Shown: positions 52,144 through 62,089, numbered from the stretch's first letter. The stretch: 64,000 bases of DNA from Candidatus Uhrbacteria bacterium (GCA_014239775.1 JAAZYG010000039.1:6134-70133), one strand, 5' to 3'. Program-made: numbers and translations. Notes: generated by a model not told the origin, from the sequence alone.

Positions 52144-53148
52144 CTATTCAGCAAATGCGCTCTTTGCCACATTCCACAAACGATCATCACCGTTCTCCTT
52201 TAGTAAATACCACCATTCTGCGCCCCAAAGATATGCTTCTGATAATCTTGCTTTTCTAGCAAAATCTAAATTATTCTCAAACTTCTCCACATCAAATGCA
52301 TCATACCACTCAAGTATTGGTCTGTTCTCAATAGGTTCAGGGAACCACGGCTCAGCTTGCAATTCAGAAACTATTACACGAGACACATAATCCTTAACTA
52401 ATTGAGCTCTTAAATAATAAAACTCTGGTGATATTGGGTACATAAAATGACCAAAAAAATCATTCCAGGTTTGCCTATACATTGAAAGACCAAGTATATC
52501 GGCTTGTTTTGCCGCATCTTTCCACGGTCCCAATTCACCGCTAACAGTAACTTGTATTGGCTTGTTATCAAGTTCTCGTACAATCGACACTCTTTCATTG
52601 AACTGTTCCATTGTTACCTGTTCTTCACATTCACCAAAAGGAAAGAATGGTTCATTTTCTACTTGCCATCTGTCTACAGAAACTGAGTTACGATACCTCT
52701 TTACTGTTTCTCCTATAAAATTCATTGTATGTTTGTGCTGCTCTTCTGAGTTGAATTTTTTAACCCAATCTGGCACAAAACACTCTGGCCATCTTGGTAC
52801 TTTTGCACCAACTACCATTGTTAAATTAACATCATTTTTATTAGATTGGTCCACCAACCAATCATATGTCGACCAATCGTAAATTCCTTCTTCTGTTTCT
52901 ACCTCAGACCAATAAACTGGAAGTCGCACATATTTTACATTCAAATCATCGAGTAGAGTTTTGTAAACTTTTTTATCATCTAATCCCAATCCTTTACTGT
53001 AAACTGTTGAGAAAGTAATACCGTATTTTGTTTTTACATCTTCAGGTATGTCACTTAGCCACATGTTTGCATATACAAACACAAAACTTGTTGCAATGAG
53101 TAGCAACACAAATGCCCATATGTGTGAATGTTTTTTATGAAGTGACAT
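52144..53148 (-). CDS. Anchored clan GH-A glycoside hydrolase
   Basis: VRLPVYW..E..EG.YDW, WQVENEP (acid/base), SELQAEPW; ATG at 53148 in TAATG overlap. Confidence 0.8.
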   Translation of the reverse strand: MSLHKKHSHIWAFVLLLIATSFVFVYANMWLSDIPEDVKTKYGITFSTVYSKGLGLDDKKVYKTLLDDLNVKYVRLPVYWSEVETEEGIYDWSTYDWLVDQSNKNDVNLTMVVGAKVPRWPECFVPDWVKKFNSEEQHKHTMNFIGETVKRYRNSVSVDRWQVENEPFFPFGECEEQVTMEQFNERVSIVRELDNKPIQVTVSGELGPWKDAAKQADILGLSMYRQTWNDFFGHFMYPISPEFYYLRAQLVKDYVSRVIVSELQAEPWFPEPIENRPILEWYDAFDVEKFENNLDFARKARLSEAYLWGAEWWYLLKENGDDRLWNVAKSAFAE

Positions 53149-54731
53149 TAAATTTCCTCTCGTTTTTCTCTTAAAAATCCTAACCAACTTTCTATTATAT
53201 CAATCGCCGCCTTAAATGGTGCCTCGATTATAAAATCGAAGAAAAATAAAAATATATTTACTCTAGGTGCCCTCATTGCAACCCATCTACCAGCTCTTAC
53301 TATTGGTAAGAATAACACATCTGCTAAAACTCCGAGAAATCCAGTTGTTGGATCAAAGACCATTAATTCTCTTCTTGTGTTCCTGATTCTTAAACCAAAG
53401 TATGCAACTAATGACAAGAAGAATATAAAAAAGAATGTTGATAAAGCATTAAAACCAAAAGATCCTAGACTGTTTGATATAAATAATACAACACCTGCAA
53501 ACACACCTACATACAATAAATTAAAAACCATCCATAAGGGACCTTTTACCCAAGGACGTTTTCTCTTAAATATAAGTGAAAAATCATCTCTCAATCCCAA
53601 CAATGAATGAATCTCCTCTGTAATTTTTGATGTGTTCTGACTTTTAGGTATACGCACACTTAACCCTACAACAGCTAAAAGTAATGGTGGAAAAAATACA
53701 TTTATTGCTAAAGGTAAGTACTCAACTGTTTGTAATACAAAAACCTCATATGGATATTCTACCAGAAATACAAGAATACTTTTTGTTAACAATAAAAAAA
53801 CCATTGCACGAACTACGGTTCGCATTATTTTAGTTCTGAACAGTGAATATTTTTCGTTTGTTGCGGCACTAATAGCTGAATCAAGCACTGATGTATCTTT
53901 ACTGTTAACAGCCTGAGTAAATGCCTCCGGATTATCTTGTGCTATTTCAGACAAGATTCTAAACACAACAGCATGACGTCTCACAAACCTAAACACCGCA
54001 TCTTGAGACTTGTGTCCTATCTGTTCTTCTACTGAAGCTATAACTTTTTTTAGATTTAGAGCTATTTCGTTTACTACATCATCTTTTGAGTTTGCTGTTC
54101 TCCATTTTGGATAATATAAGGTCAACATTCTATATCTAAGGGTTGCTATATTAGATTTTAAAACTGCCCTATGTACTGCAATATACATCTGTAAATCCTG
54201 ATCAGCCTCATCCACCACCTTCGTACGCCACTCAGTACGTTTTTTTAATTCCTGATATGCATAACTGGCCAGTGCCTCATCTATACAAGGTGGTCCTAAT
54301 ACATACTCTATTTCTGTAGAAAGCACATCAAGCAGCCACTTGTAGTTATCATGACTCTCTTTTACATCTTCATGTAATCCTCCAAACATTCTTTTGTATT
54401 TTTGTAAAATATCAGCAACCTTATCCACCATTTCTGAAGGTACTTTGTTATTTTCTAAATAACGAGCCCATATCAATTCCTTTATTAACTTTGCTGATAA
54501 TTTCTTTGCATCAGTTTCTGCAAGACGTCTTTTTAGGATTCTTCTAATAGCATTGCGCCTTAAAAGATGCTCTTCATCATATTCGAGAGTATTTCTTATT
54601 GTCTCATAAACAGAAGCTGCTGCTGAAACCGTCTCTGAAACATTTATTACATCTTCATTTTTTTCCTCGCTCACCTTTTCGTTACGCATCGATACTATCG
54701 TACTCAAAAGATGCTGAAGAGCTTTATCCAT
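53148..54731 (-). CDS. Hypothetical protein with C-terminal TM segments
   Basis: EEHLLRRNAIRRILKRR N-terminal motif; multiple TM; D.IIEAPFK. Confidence 0.8.
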   Translation of the reverse strand: MDKALQHLLSTIVSMRNEKVSEEKNEDVINVSETVSAAASVYETIRNTLEYDEEHLLRRNAIRRILKRRLAETDAKKLSAKLIKELIWARYLENNKVPSEMVDKVADILQKYKRMFGGLHEDVKESHDNYKWLLDVLSTEIEYVLGPPCIDEALASYAYQELKKRTEWRTKVVDEADQDLQMYIAVHRAVLKSNIATLRYRMLTLYYPKWRTANSKDDVVNEIALNLKKVIASVEEQIGHKSQDAVFRFVRRHAVVFRILSEIAQDNPEAFTQAVNSKDTSVLDSAISAATNEKYSLFRTKIMRTVVRAMVFLLLTKSILVFLVEYPYEVFVLQTVEYLPLAINVFFPPLLLAVVGLSVRIPKSQNTSKITEEIHSLLGLRDDFSLIFKRKRPWVKGPLWMVFNLLYVGVFAGVVLFISNSLGSFGFNALSTFFFIFFLSLVAYFGLRIRNTRRELMVFDPTTGFLGVLADVLFLPIVRAGRWVAMRAPRVNIFLFFFDFIIEAPFKAAIDIIESWLGFLREKREEI

Positions 54732-54735
54732 AATA

Positions 54736-56088
54736 TTAAACAATTAACGGCAGGGGTTCTACTTCGCTTTTACGCCCCAAAACAAGATCCTCTATTCTGT
54801 ATGTGCCGTGTGTTGGTGCTTCTATATAACCATTCCAGGCCATTCTTGCAACCCCCCCAGACTGAATCCAGTCAAAAAGCCATTCATCAGTGTATAACGC
54901 ATCGTTTTGTGGCACTCCTCCACCAACGTACTGTAACCATATACGGTTAAAATCCTCCTGTGAACCAATTGGAGGTGCCATAACAACAGCAATTCCCAAA
55001 CCTGTGTAAAACGATAATTCACTTGGTTTTGTCCATAATATATCTGTTGTTTTTAATATCTCATTAAATCCTGAAAAATAGTCCGCTCGTGAATTAAACT
55101 CTGGAACAACAACCCATTTGCCCAATTCTTTTTTTAGTCCAGCTTCCTTAACAGCATTTCTATAATATTTTACAGCGTCTTTTCTAACACCAGCAATTAA
55201 ATTTAATCTTATTTTATGTTGACCTATCTTAGATTTTAAACTTTTTAAAATTTTAACTCCCAAAGCACGCTGTGCACCTGCACCACCAACAGTATATGTA
55301 AGTGTTAATGGATGGGATGCTTTTCCTACAGCACACCTTTTTGCACCCAATTCAGTTTTTAATGTTTTTTTATACCGATCCATAAAAATACCGTTTGGAT
55401 CTAAGTTGCAAATTCTATTTATTAATAAATCCTTTAACACACCTGAGTTTACTCCACCAATCAATTCTTTTGGCAAAGGAAAACCTGTTAAATAAATATT
55501 CTCATCTCTAACTCCATATAATTTCAATCGCTCTGCACACCTTCCATTTGCAGCAAGATACTTTATTCTGCTCTTGTGTGGATTTAGCGGTGCCCATGCC
55601 CTTGAAATATCCGCATCTGTTGTAACTAACCATATGTCACCTGGATAATTAAAGTAATCTGCGAAAAAGGCTGGAATAAAAAATGTTGTAACAAAGGGAA
55701 TGGGATTTTCACTTAGCTTTTCTATCAAGTGCTTTCCTAGATTTTTCTTAATAATTAATCGATATATTTGTTTTAATTGCATGTTTGGTTTAGACAAATC
55801 TCTTTTTGGATAAAACTTTGCAATCTGCTGAAAACGATCCATTGCTTCAAACATAAAATCACCCAATACAGGAATTGGTTTCATCCTTGAAATTGTTTCA
55901 TATATCTCCCTACTTTCTTTCCATGTTTCTCTATCTTCTTTTGGAATTCCTTCATAATCATTTGCAGACAAAACTTCTCCAGAAAATAGATCTTTTAATG
56001 CATAAGCTGCTCGACTGTGTCCATAGCCCATATTTACATCTACAACCCAAGCCTGCTTTTTTTTATTAGATACGTGTGTATGTTTCAT
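54736..56088 (-). CDS. GT-B glycosyltransferase-like protein (MGDG synthase/UgtP-like motifs)
   Basis: MGYGHSRAA, VTTDAD, TGFP, DILWTKPSEL, QEDFN. Confidence 0.7.
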   Translation of the reverse strand: MKHTHVSNKKKQAWVVDVNMGYGHSRAAYALKDLFSGEVLSANDYEGIPKEDRETWKESREIYETISRMKPIPVLGDFMFEAMDRFQQIAKFYPKRDLSKPNMQLKQIYRLIIKKNLGKHLIEKLSENPIPFVTTFFIPAFFADYFNYPGDIWLVTTDADISRAWAPLNPHKSRIKYLAANGRCAERLKLYGVRDENIYLTGFPLPKELIGGVNSGVLKDLLINRICNLDPNGIFMDRYKKTLKTELGAKRCAVGKASHPLTLTYTVGGAGAQRALGVKILKSLKSKIGQHKIRLNLIAGVRKDAVKYYRNAVKEAGLKKELGKWVVVPEFNSRADYFSGFNEILKTTDILWTKPSELSFYTGLGIAVVMAPPIGSQEDFNRIWLQYVGGGVPQNDALYTDEWLFDWIQSGGVARMAWNGYIEAPTHGTYRIEDLVLGRKSEVEPLPLIV

Positions 56089-56091
56089 ATA

Positions 56092-56832
56092 TTAAAAAAA
56101 TGTACGTTCTTCTGATTTTTGAATAATTTTATAAGCTTCTTTTGCGGTATCTACAACAGTAAACAACTTCATATCTTTTTTACTAATCGTTGCGTATTTT
56201 TTTATTTGTGTCTTGCTTGTCCATTCAAATAGAGATCCCCAAAAATCCTCTCCAACACAAATTACTGGAATTGGTTTCATTTTTTCAGTTTGTATAAGTG
56301 TGATTATTTCAAAAAATTCATCTAATGTACCAAAACCACCTGGGAAATATACATATGCTTGAGCTGATGCAGCAAGCATTACTTTTCTTGTAAAGAAATA
56401 ATGAAATCCACGTCCTCGTGTGGCATATTCGTTCATTCTTTGTTCAAAAGGTAGCTGTATATTAAGACCAATAGATGGTGCACCCACTTTTGTAGCTCCT
56501 TTATTTGCTCCTTCCATGATTCCAGGTCCACCCCCTGTTATTACAGTATAACCCCCTTTTCCAAGTAAAGCCCCTAATTTTTCTGCCTCTTTGTACCATT
56601 TTTCTTCTGGCTTAAATCTTGCAGATCCAAATATTGTTACTTCATTAGTTGATTCTGACAAAAACTGAAATCCTTCAACAAATTCAGACATGATTCTAAA
56701 AATTCTCCATGTTATCTCATGCATGTGTGTAGGTTCTGTTTTTTTATTTAATTCAGATGATGCTTGAGGCAAACGACACACTTCACCTTTTTTAAATTTA
56801 CTATTTTTCTTATTTATTTTTTTAACTGACAT
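56092..56832 (-). CDS. LOG-family nucleotide phosphoribohydrolase (TIGR00730-like)
   Basis: IFGSAR, TGGGPGIMEG, FFTRK, PGGFGTLDE. Confidence 0.92.
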   Translation of the reverse strand: MSVKKINKKNSKFKKGEVCRLPQASSELNKKTEPTHMHEITWRIFRIMSEFVEGFQFLSESTNEVTIFGSARFKPEEKWYKEAEKLGALLGKGGYTVITGGGPGIMEGANKGATKVGAPSIGLNIQLPFEQRMNEYATRGRGFHYFFTRKVMLAASAQAYVYFPGGFGTLDEFFEIITLIQTEKMKPIPVICVGEDFWGSLFEWTSKTQIKKYATISKKDMKLFTVVDTAKEAYKIIQKSEERTFF

Positions 56833-56852
56833 ATTTGATAGTCTAACATATT

Positions 56853-57383
56853 TTACACTAAATAACTGCGTAACTCTTTTTTATATTGTTGATAATCTGG
56901 ACAAAACTTAAGAACATTATTCCAAAATAATTTTGAATGATTCATATGGTCTATGTGTGCCAATTCATGTATTACGATATATTCACACAATTCTACTGGT
57001 AACAATGACAACTTATAGTTAAAGCTCAAACATCCTGACAATGAACAACTTCCCCATTGTGCTTTATATTTTTTAATTCTGATTGTTTTTATTTTATTGT
57101 AGTAATCTGGATACTTAGCCAATATCTTGTTTACTAATAACCTTGTATTTTCTTGCACAACCTCAAATGGAACACCTTGATGTGATAAGTGTGTCTTATT
57201 TTTATTACATTCTAGTTTTTTAACCCTTTTTTCTATGAGTTTTATATTCTCTCTAACAAAACTATCAATATGTTTTTGTGAAGGTGTATTTTTAATAGGA
57301 ACCACCAACTCACATCTTCCATCCCAATAAACAACTAAACTCATCCTCTGTGCTCTTTTACTTTTTCTCATTTTATACTCCAT
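56853..57383 (-). CDS. YgjP/DUF45-like zinc-binding hydrolase
   Basis: WGSCS, YIVIHELAH...NHS..FW. Confidence 0.88.
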   Translation of the reverse strand: MEYKMRKSKRAQRMSLVVYWDGRCELVVPIKNTPSQKHIDSFVRENIKLIEKRVKKLECNKNKTHLSHQGVPFEVVQENTRLLVNKILAKYPDYYNKIKTIRIKKYKAQWGSCSLSGCLSFNYKLSLLPVELCEYIVIHELAHIDHMNHSKLFWNNVLKFCPDYQQYKKELRSYLV

Positions 57384-57403
57384 AATAATTTATATTTTAA
57401 CAT

Positions 57404-57432
57404 AAAAAAACCCGACAAAGTATGTCGAGTTT
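57404..57432 (-). terminator. Terminator after the 57453-57893 ORF
   Basis: AAACCCGACA/TGTCGAGTTT stem with U-tract on - strand. Confidence 0.6.
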
Positions 57433-57452
57433 ATATTTCTTGTAAACTTAGT

Positions 57453-57893
57453 TTAGTTTACAAAGTGATGTGCTGCGTCAACCATTCCACGACCAATAAG
57501 ACGCTGAAAGATTTTGTGACGTAGCTGAACACCATTAACGGAAACACTTCTTTTCCAAGGTAGCTTATATTTTTTGCCCACTTGGATTTTTGTAGAAAGA
57601 TTACTTGCAATTCGTTCAATCATTTGCTCAAAATGATCATGTTTATTACCGAGATCAACTCGCACAGTAGTTGCCAAACCAACCATCTGCAACATAAGAT
57701 CACAATTCAGACCATCTGATTCCATTTTGGAAACAGCACTGCTAAACAACATGAACATCATATGATCAGTATCCTGACCAGAATTAACCCCATTATAAAT
57801 CTGATCAATCCGATTTCGAAATCTAATATTGTTATCGGCTACCCCTTCTTGTTGATCAACTTCCTGAAGCATCAATTGACGCACACCCATCAC
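57453..57893 (-). CDS. Hypothetical protein (SD-led unit)
   Basis: AGGAG SD before GTG-ATG; TTGACA (57962-57967)-N17-TAGTAT. Confidence 0.7.
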   Translation of the reverse strand: MMGVRQLMLQEVDQQEGVADNNIRFRNRIDQIYNGVNSGQDTDHMMFMLFSSAVSKMESDGLNCDLMLQMVGLATTVRVDLGNKHDHFEQMIERIASNLSTKIQVGKKYKLPWKRSVSVNGVQLRHKIFQRLIGRGMVDAAHHFVN

Positions 57894-58052
57894 ATCTCCT
57901 ATCGAGTATTGCCGACCAATTATTTGGCGACAATAAAGATACTATATAAACAGATATAAACTGTCAATAAATACACTACTATCACACATGATTGTAGCAC
58001 TAGACAAAAAACACTAATTCAGATACAATCCTGACGTTAATAATATAGAAAT

Positions 58053-58295
58053 ATGGCTAAAAGTTGCATTGTTACAGGAAAGAAAACCACAACAGGTTTT
58101 AACGTCTCTCACTCAAAACAAAAAACTAAGCGTAAATTAAAAGCAAATTTGCATAAAAAGCGCTTACTTAATCCAGCTACTGGTAAAATTGTTACGGTAA
58201 CAATTTCAAGTAGAGGACTGAGAACATTGAAAAAATGGGATAGAGAAGGTAAAACTTACAATCTTGCACAATTAAAGAAAAAAGTTGGGGTATAA
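58053..58295 (+). CDS. rpmB: 50S ribosomal protein L28
   Basis: C.VTGK...G.NVSHS..KTKR...NL. Confidence 0.96.
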   Translation: MAKSCIVTGKKTTTGFNVSHSKQKTKRKLKANLHKKRLLNPATGKIVTVTISSRGLRTLKKWDREGKTYNLAQLKKKVGV

Positions 58296-58325
58296 ATAAA
58301 ACACGGTTTAACACCGTGTTTTATT
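58295..58325. terminator. Bidirectional terminator rpmB/hflX
   Basis: AATAAAACACGGT/ACCGTGTTTTATT. Confidence 0.85.
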
Positions 58326-58326
58326 A

Positions 58327-59424
58327 TTATAAATCTTCAATTTTTAATACAATCTTCTCTAAACCCTTTTTATTTAAGGCTGATATCCATACATGTTCTA
58401 CTTCTTCTAATCTTCTATTAATTTCATCACGTGTCAATTTAGATACTTGATCCATTTTATTTAATACCAGAAGCCGTGGTTTGCTCTTAACTTTTAGTTT
58501 GCCTAATATTGAATCTACAACCTTTAGGTTCTTGTAAAAATGAATATCTGATGCATCTGCAACATGTAAGAGCATGTCTGCATCTACCATTTCTGACAAT
58601 GTTGATGAAAATGCATTTATTAAGCTTGGAGGTAGTTCTTTTATAAACCCAATAGTATCTGAGACTAATATGGTTTCTTTTTTATTAGGAAGATATAAAT
58701 TACCAACCCTGGTATCTAGAGTTGCAAATAATTCATCTGCAACATACTCATCCCTACCAGTCATTGCATTTAGAAGAGTTGTTTTACCTGCATTTGTATA
58801 CCCAACAATTGATACAGTTTTAAGGTTCTTTCGCTTTCTTGAAATTCTCTGTAATTCTCTGCCTTTTTGGTACTTCTCTAGTTTCTTTTTAATCCTTCTT
58901 TCTTTTTCCTTTAAATGTCTTTTCATTCTTTCCACATTAGTCTCACCTATACCAACAGTGCCGATACCACCAGCCTGACGAGAAAGCTCCATTCCCATAC
59001 CAAATATTCTAGGTCCCATATGACGTACTGATGCGAGTTCTATTTCTAAACGAGCCTCTGTTGTTTTTGCATGCTTAGAAAATATCTTAAGTATTAAATC
59101 AATTCTGTCCCATACTTCAATTTTGTATTTTCGTAGAGATTCTGACACTTCGTAAATTTGTCTTGGTTTTAATTGTGCATTTATTATAACTAATGATGCA
59201 CCTAATTCTTTTCCTTCAATTCCAATCTCATCTACTTTACCTGTACCAATATATGTTCTTGGGTGTGGATGAAATCTTTTTTGCCATTTTTTTACCACAA
59301 CTAAACCACCATAAGTCTCAACAAGCTCCTTAAGTTCTACCATACGATCTAAAGCATGCTCAGATGTCATGCGAGGTTCAATTAAATCTATCAAGATTAT
59401 TTTTTGTTGCTTTAAATCGCTCAT
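58327..59424 (-). CDS. hflX: GTPase HflX
   Basis: YIGTGKV, LILKIF, GYTNAGKTT, LFATLD, DTIGFI, NKMD. Confidence 0.97.
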   Translation of the reverse strand: MSDLKQQKIILIDLIEPRMTSEHALDRMVELKELVETYGGLVVVKKWQKRFHPHPRTYIGTGKVDEIGIEGKELGASLVIINAQLKPRQIYEVSESLRKYKIEVWDRIDLILKIFSKHAKTTEARLEIELASVRHMGPRIFGMGMELSRQAGGIGTVGIGETNVERMKRHLKEKERRIKKKLEKYQKGRELQRISRKRKNLKTVSIVGYTNAGKTTLLNAMTGRDEYVADELFATLDTRVGNLYLPNKKETILVSDTIGFIKELPPSLINAFSSTLSEMVDADMLLHVADASDIHFYKNLKVVDSILGKLKVKSKPRLLVLNKMDQVSKLTRDEINRRLEEVEHVWISALNKKGLEKIVLKIEDL

Positions 59425-59444
59425 AGCTTAATAATATTATAATT

Positions 59445-59471
59445 AAAAACCCGTCCAATAAGACGGGTTTT
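59445..59471 (-). terminator. Terminator after HU
   Basis: AAAACCCGTC/GACGGGTTTT. Confidence 0.8.
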
Positions 59472-59492
59472 CCTTTCAATTTAATCTAATTC

Positions 59493-59774
59493 CTAAAGAA
59501 CAGCATCCTTTGCTGCTTTTGCAACACGGAATTTTACTACCGTCTTTGCTGGAATGCTGATTTGCTCACCAGTCATTGGATTTCGTCCCATGCGTGCTGC
59601 ACGGTCCTTTCTAACCAATTTACCTAAGCCTGGTAAAGGAAACTCACCATTTTGCACAACCTCTCTATAAGAAAGTTCTACGAACTTATCCCATAGCTCA
59701 GTTGCGTCTTTTTTAGAAAGTCCTGTCATTTCAGCCAATGTATTCATGAATTGGCTTTTCGTCATTTTTGCCAT
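59493..59774 (-). CDS. hup: DNA-binding protein HU
   Basis: GLGK, RAARMGRNPMTGEQISIPA, KFR. Confidence 0.95.
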   Translation of the reverse strand: MAKMTKSQFMNTLAEMTGLSKKDATELWDKFVELSYREVVQNGEFPLPGLGKLVRKDRAARMGRNPMTGEQISIPAKTVVKFRVAKAAKDAVL

Positions 59775-59837
59775 ATGTGTGGAAAACTTAATTTTTACTG
59801 GATTATCTTAACATAAGCTTTCTTTTTTGGGAATAAC

Positions 59838-60215
59838 CTACTTTACATCCGAAGCAAACCACTTATTTGCATCTTGCATGTCTTTTGCAACCATTGTTTC
59901 CATGATCTCTTCTCCTGGATAAGGAATAAGATCTCTCAACTTCTTAAATATCTCTACACGAAGATGTTTTCCTGCAAGCTCTTTATTTTCTCCAAGTAAA
60001 TGTACTTCCATTTTAAGATTGTGCCCAGTGCGACCATCATTTATACAAACAAGGGAAGGATATTTTTTTCCATCATAATTTGTCTCCCCTAGATATACTC
60101 CGAGAGCTGGAATTATAAGACCTTCTTCTATTGCAATGTTTGCTGTAGGACATCCTAGACCTGAGGCTATACCCTCACCTATTTCTACCCTACCGCAAAA
60201 CGTTAATGGTTGCAT
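59838..60215 (-). CDS. Stand-alone riboflavin kinase domain
   Basis: LGCPTANI, GVY, EVHLL, KLRD; no FAD synthetase domain. Confidence 0.8.
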   Translation of the reverse strand: MQPLTFCGRVEIGEGIASGLGCPTANIAIEEGLIIPALGVYLGETNYDGKKYPSLVCINDGRTGHNLKMEVHLLGENKELAGKHLRVEIFKKLRDLIPYPGEEIMETMVAKDMQDANKWFASDVK

Positions 60216-60285
60216 ACTAATTAAAATAATACTCCTAAATTCAAGTTATCAGAAACTCAAAATAATACAAGGAAAAAACTTTAAA

Positions 60286-60756
60286 CTAAGACTCTTTTAT
60301 AAATTCTAACGCCCTTTTAAACACTGGAACCATATCCTTGTAGCTAATTCTCTTTAAAACCTGTGAAGCAACAACCCACTGAACAGCCTTTACGTGTTGC
60401 TCTATATCAGCATAAAGCTTTGCATCTTTGTTGGTTTCAAATAAAAAATAATGTATATCTTTATGTATCAACGCACCAGACTTATTAAATCGATCATTAA
60501 ACCATATATCAATTTTACCAAGTGGCTCTAGTAGTCTTATCTCTTGAAGTCCCATCTCCTCCAATGTTTCTCTTGCTGCTGTCTCTTCTATTTCTTCACC
60601 TTTTTCTACATGACCTTTTGGGAACGTCCATTTATCATAGGAATCTTGTATCATAGCAAAATAATAACGCTTGCCTAACCGTTTAAACACAACACCCCCT
60701 GCAGACACTTCTTTAATAGTCTTTTTTGATGGTGTAGTTTTTTTATTTTTCTTCAC
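60286..60756 (-). CDS. NUDIX hydrolase
   Basis: SAGGVV, FPKGHVEKGE...AARETLEEMG Nudix box; GTG at 60756 preferred because ATG 60849 overlaps ctpA by 107 nt. Confidence 0.88.
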   Translation of the reverse strand: MKKNKKTTPSKKTIKEVSAGGVVFKRLGKRYYFAMIQDSYDKWTFPKGHVEKGEEIEETAARETLEEMGLQEIRLLEPLGKIDIWFNDRFNKSGALIHKDIHYFLFETNKDAKLYADIEQHVKAVQWVVASQVLKRISYKDMVPVFKRALEFIKES

Positions 60757-62026
60757 TTTCGCCTGTGATTTCCTCTGATTTGTCTTCTGGTTCTTCGTAT
60801 GTACCGAGGATGATTGCGACTGCGGTGTCTTTTTGTGGATCTTTGCCATCTTTAAACTCTTCTAATGAATAAGCTATTTCTATATCAGGTGATACACCTT
60901 CTTCGTTAATAGACCTGCCATTTGGAGTATACCACTCTGCAGTTGTTATTTTAACAGCAGACCCGTCTTTTAATCTACGATATTCCTGAACTGAACCCTT
61001 TCCAAATGTCTGTGTCCCCACAAGTGTTGCAAGTTTATAATCCTGCAATGCACCTGCTACTATCTCTGAGCCTGAGGCACTTCCACCATTAATAAGTACA
61101 ACCGTCTTCGTATCCACCAACTGCGATGATTTTACACCTTTAAATGTTTTTGCTTTGTCTTTTGCTCTTTCTATTACAACTGCATCATACCCAATCCACG
61201 CTGATGCCATATCAATTGCTGATGTTAGAAGTCCTCCTGGATTACTTCTTAAATCTAAAATCACACCTGATACATTTGATGATAAGGCCTCTTGAATTGC
61301 CTCATTGAATAATTGATTAGTATCCTGATTAAATGTAGAAACAGAGATATGTATTATTTTATTTTCATCAATCTCCCATTTTACAGAATCTATTACAATA
61401 TCATCTCGTACAACAGGAACAATTATGACAGAGCCTAATCCATTTTTACTAATACCCAATTCAACAGTCGAACCTTTTTCTCCCCTAATTTTTGTCACAG
61501 CCTCTTCTATTGTCATACCCATCGTTTCAAACTCATCAATTGAAACGATCCAATCCCCAGGTTGAAGACCGGCCTTTTGTGCTGGAGAATTATCAAGTGG
61601 TGCTATTATCTGCAACTTATCATCCTTCAACCCTATCTCAGCACCAATACCCTGAAAAGTACCCTCTAAACTAGACATGAACATATTTGCTTCTTCTGGA
61701 TCAAAAAATACAGAGTAAGGATCATTAAGTCCTGATAATAAACCTTTCATAGAACCGAAATACAAATCCTTGTCAGAAACAGGTTGTTTATAAAAAGATT
61801 CTTTTGCAAAATTCCATACATTCCAAAATTGATCAAATGCAACATCTTCTTGTAAATGCACTGGGACTTTCTTGCCAACAACACGTCCTTCACCATCAGG
61901 AACAGTTGCAATTTCAACACTCCTTCCACCAATAAAATAACCCATAAAAAACGCTAATGTGATAAGCATTAGCCCAAGGAGAGTCAAACTTGTCTTTGAC
62001 ACTGATTGTTTGTGTATTTGTCGCAT
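60743..62026 (-). CDS. ctpA: S41 C-terminal processing protease
   Basis: DPYS, GIG PDZ, DLRSNPGG, SASGSE, TFGKGSVQ. Confidence 0.95.
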   Translation of the reverse strand: MRQIHKQSVSKTSLTLLGLMLITLAFFMGYFIGGRSVEIATVPDGEGRVVGKKVPVHLQEDVAFDQFWNVWNFAKESFYKQPVSDKDLYFGSMKGLLSGLNDPYSVFFDPEEANMFMSSLEGTFQGIGAEIGLKDDKLQIIAPLDNSPAQKAGLQPGDWIVSIDEFETMGMTIEEAVTKIRGEKGSTVELGISKNGLGSVIIVPVVRDDIVIDSVKWEIDENKIIHISVSTFNQDTNQLFNEAIQEALSSNVSGVILDLRSNPGGLLTSAIDMASAWIGYDAVVIERAKDKAKTFKGVKSSQLVDTKTVVLINGGSASGSEIVAGALQDYKLATLVGTQTFGKGSVQEYRRLKDGSAVKITTAEWYTPNGRSINEEGVSPDIEIAYSLEEFKDGKDPQKDTAVAIILGTYEEPEDKSEEITGESEEK

Positions 62027-62089
62027 AATTTCAATATAGAATACCTGTATTTACCCTTCACGTCAAAACCGGTAACATAGATTCTATAT

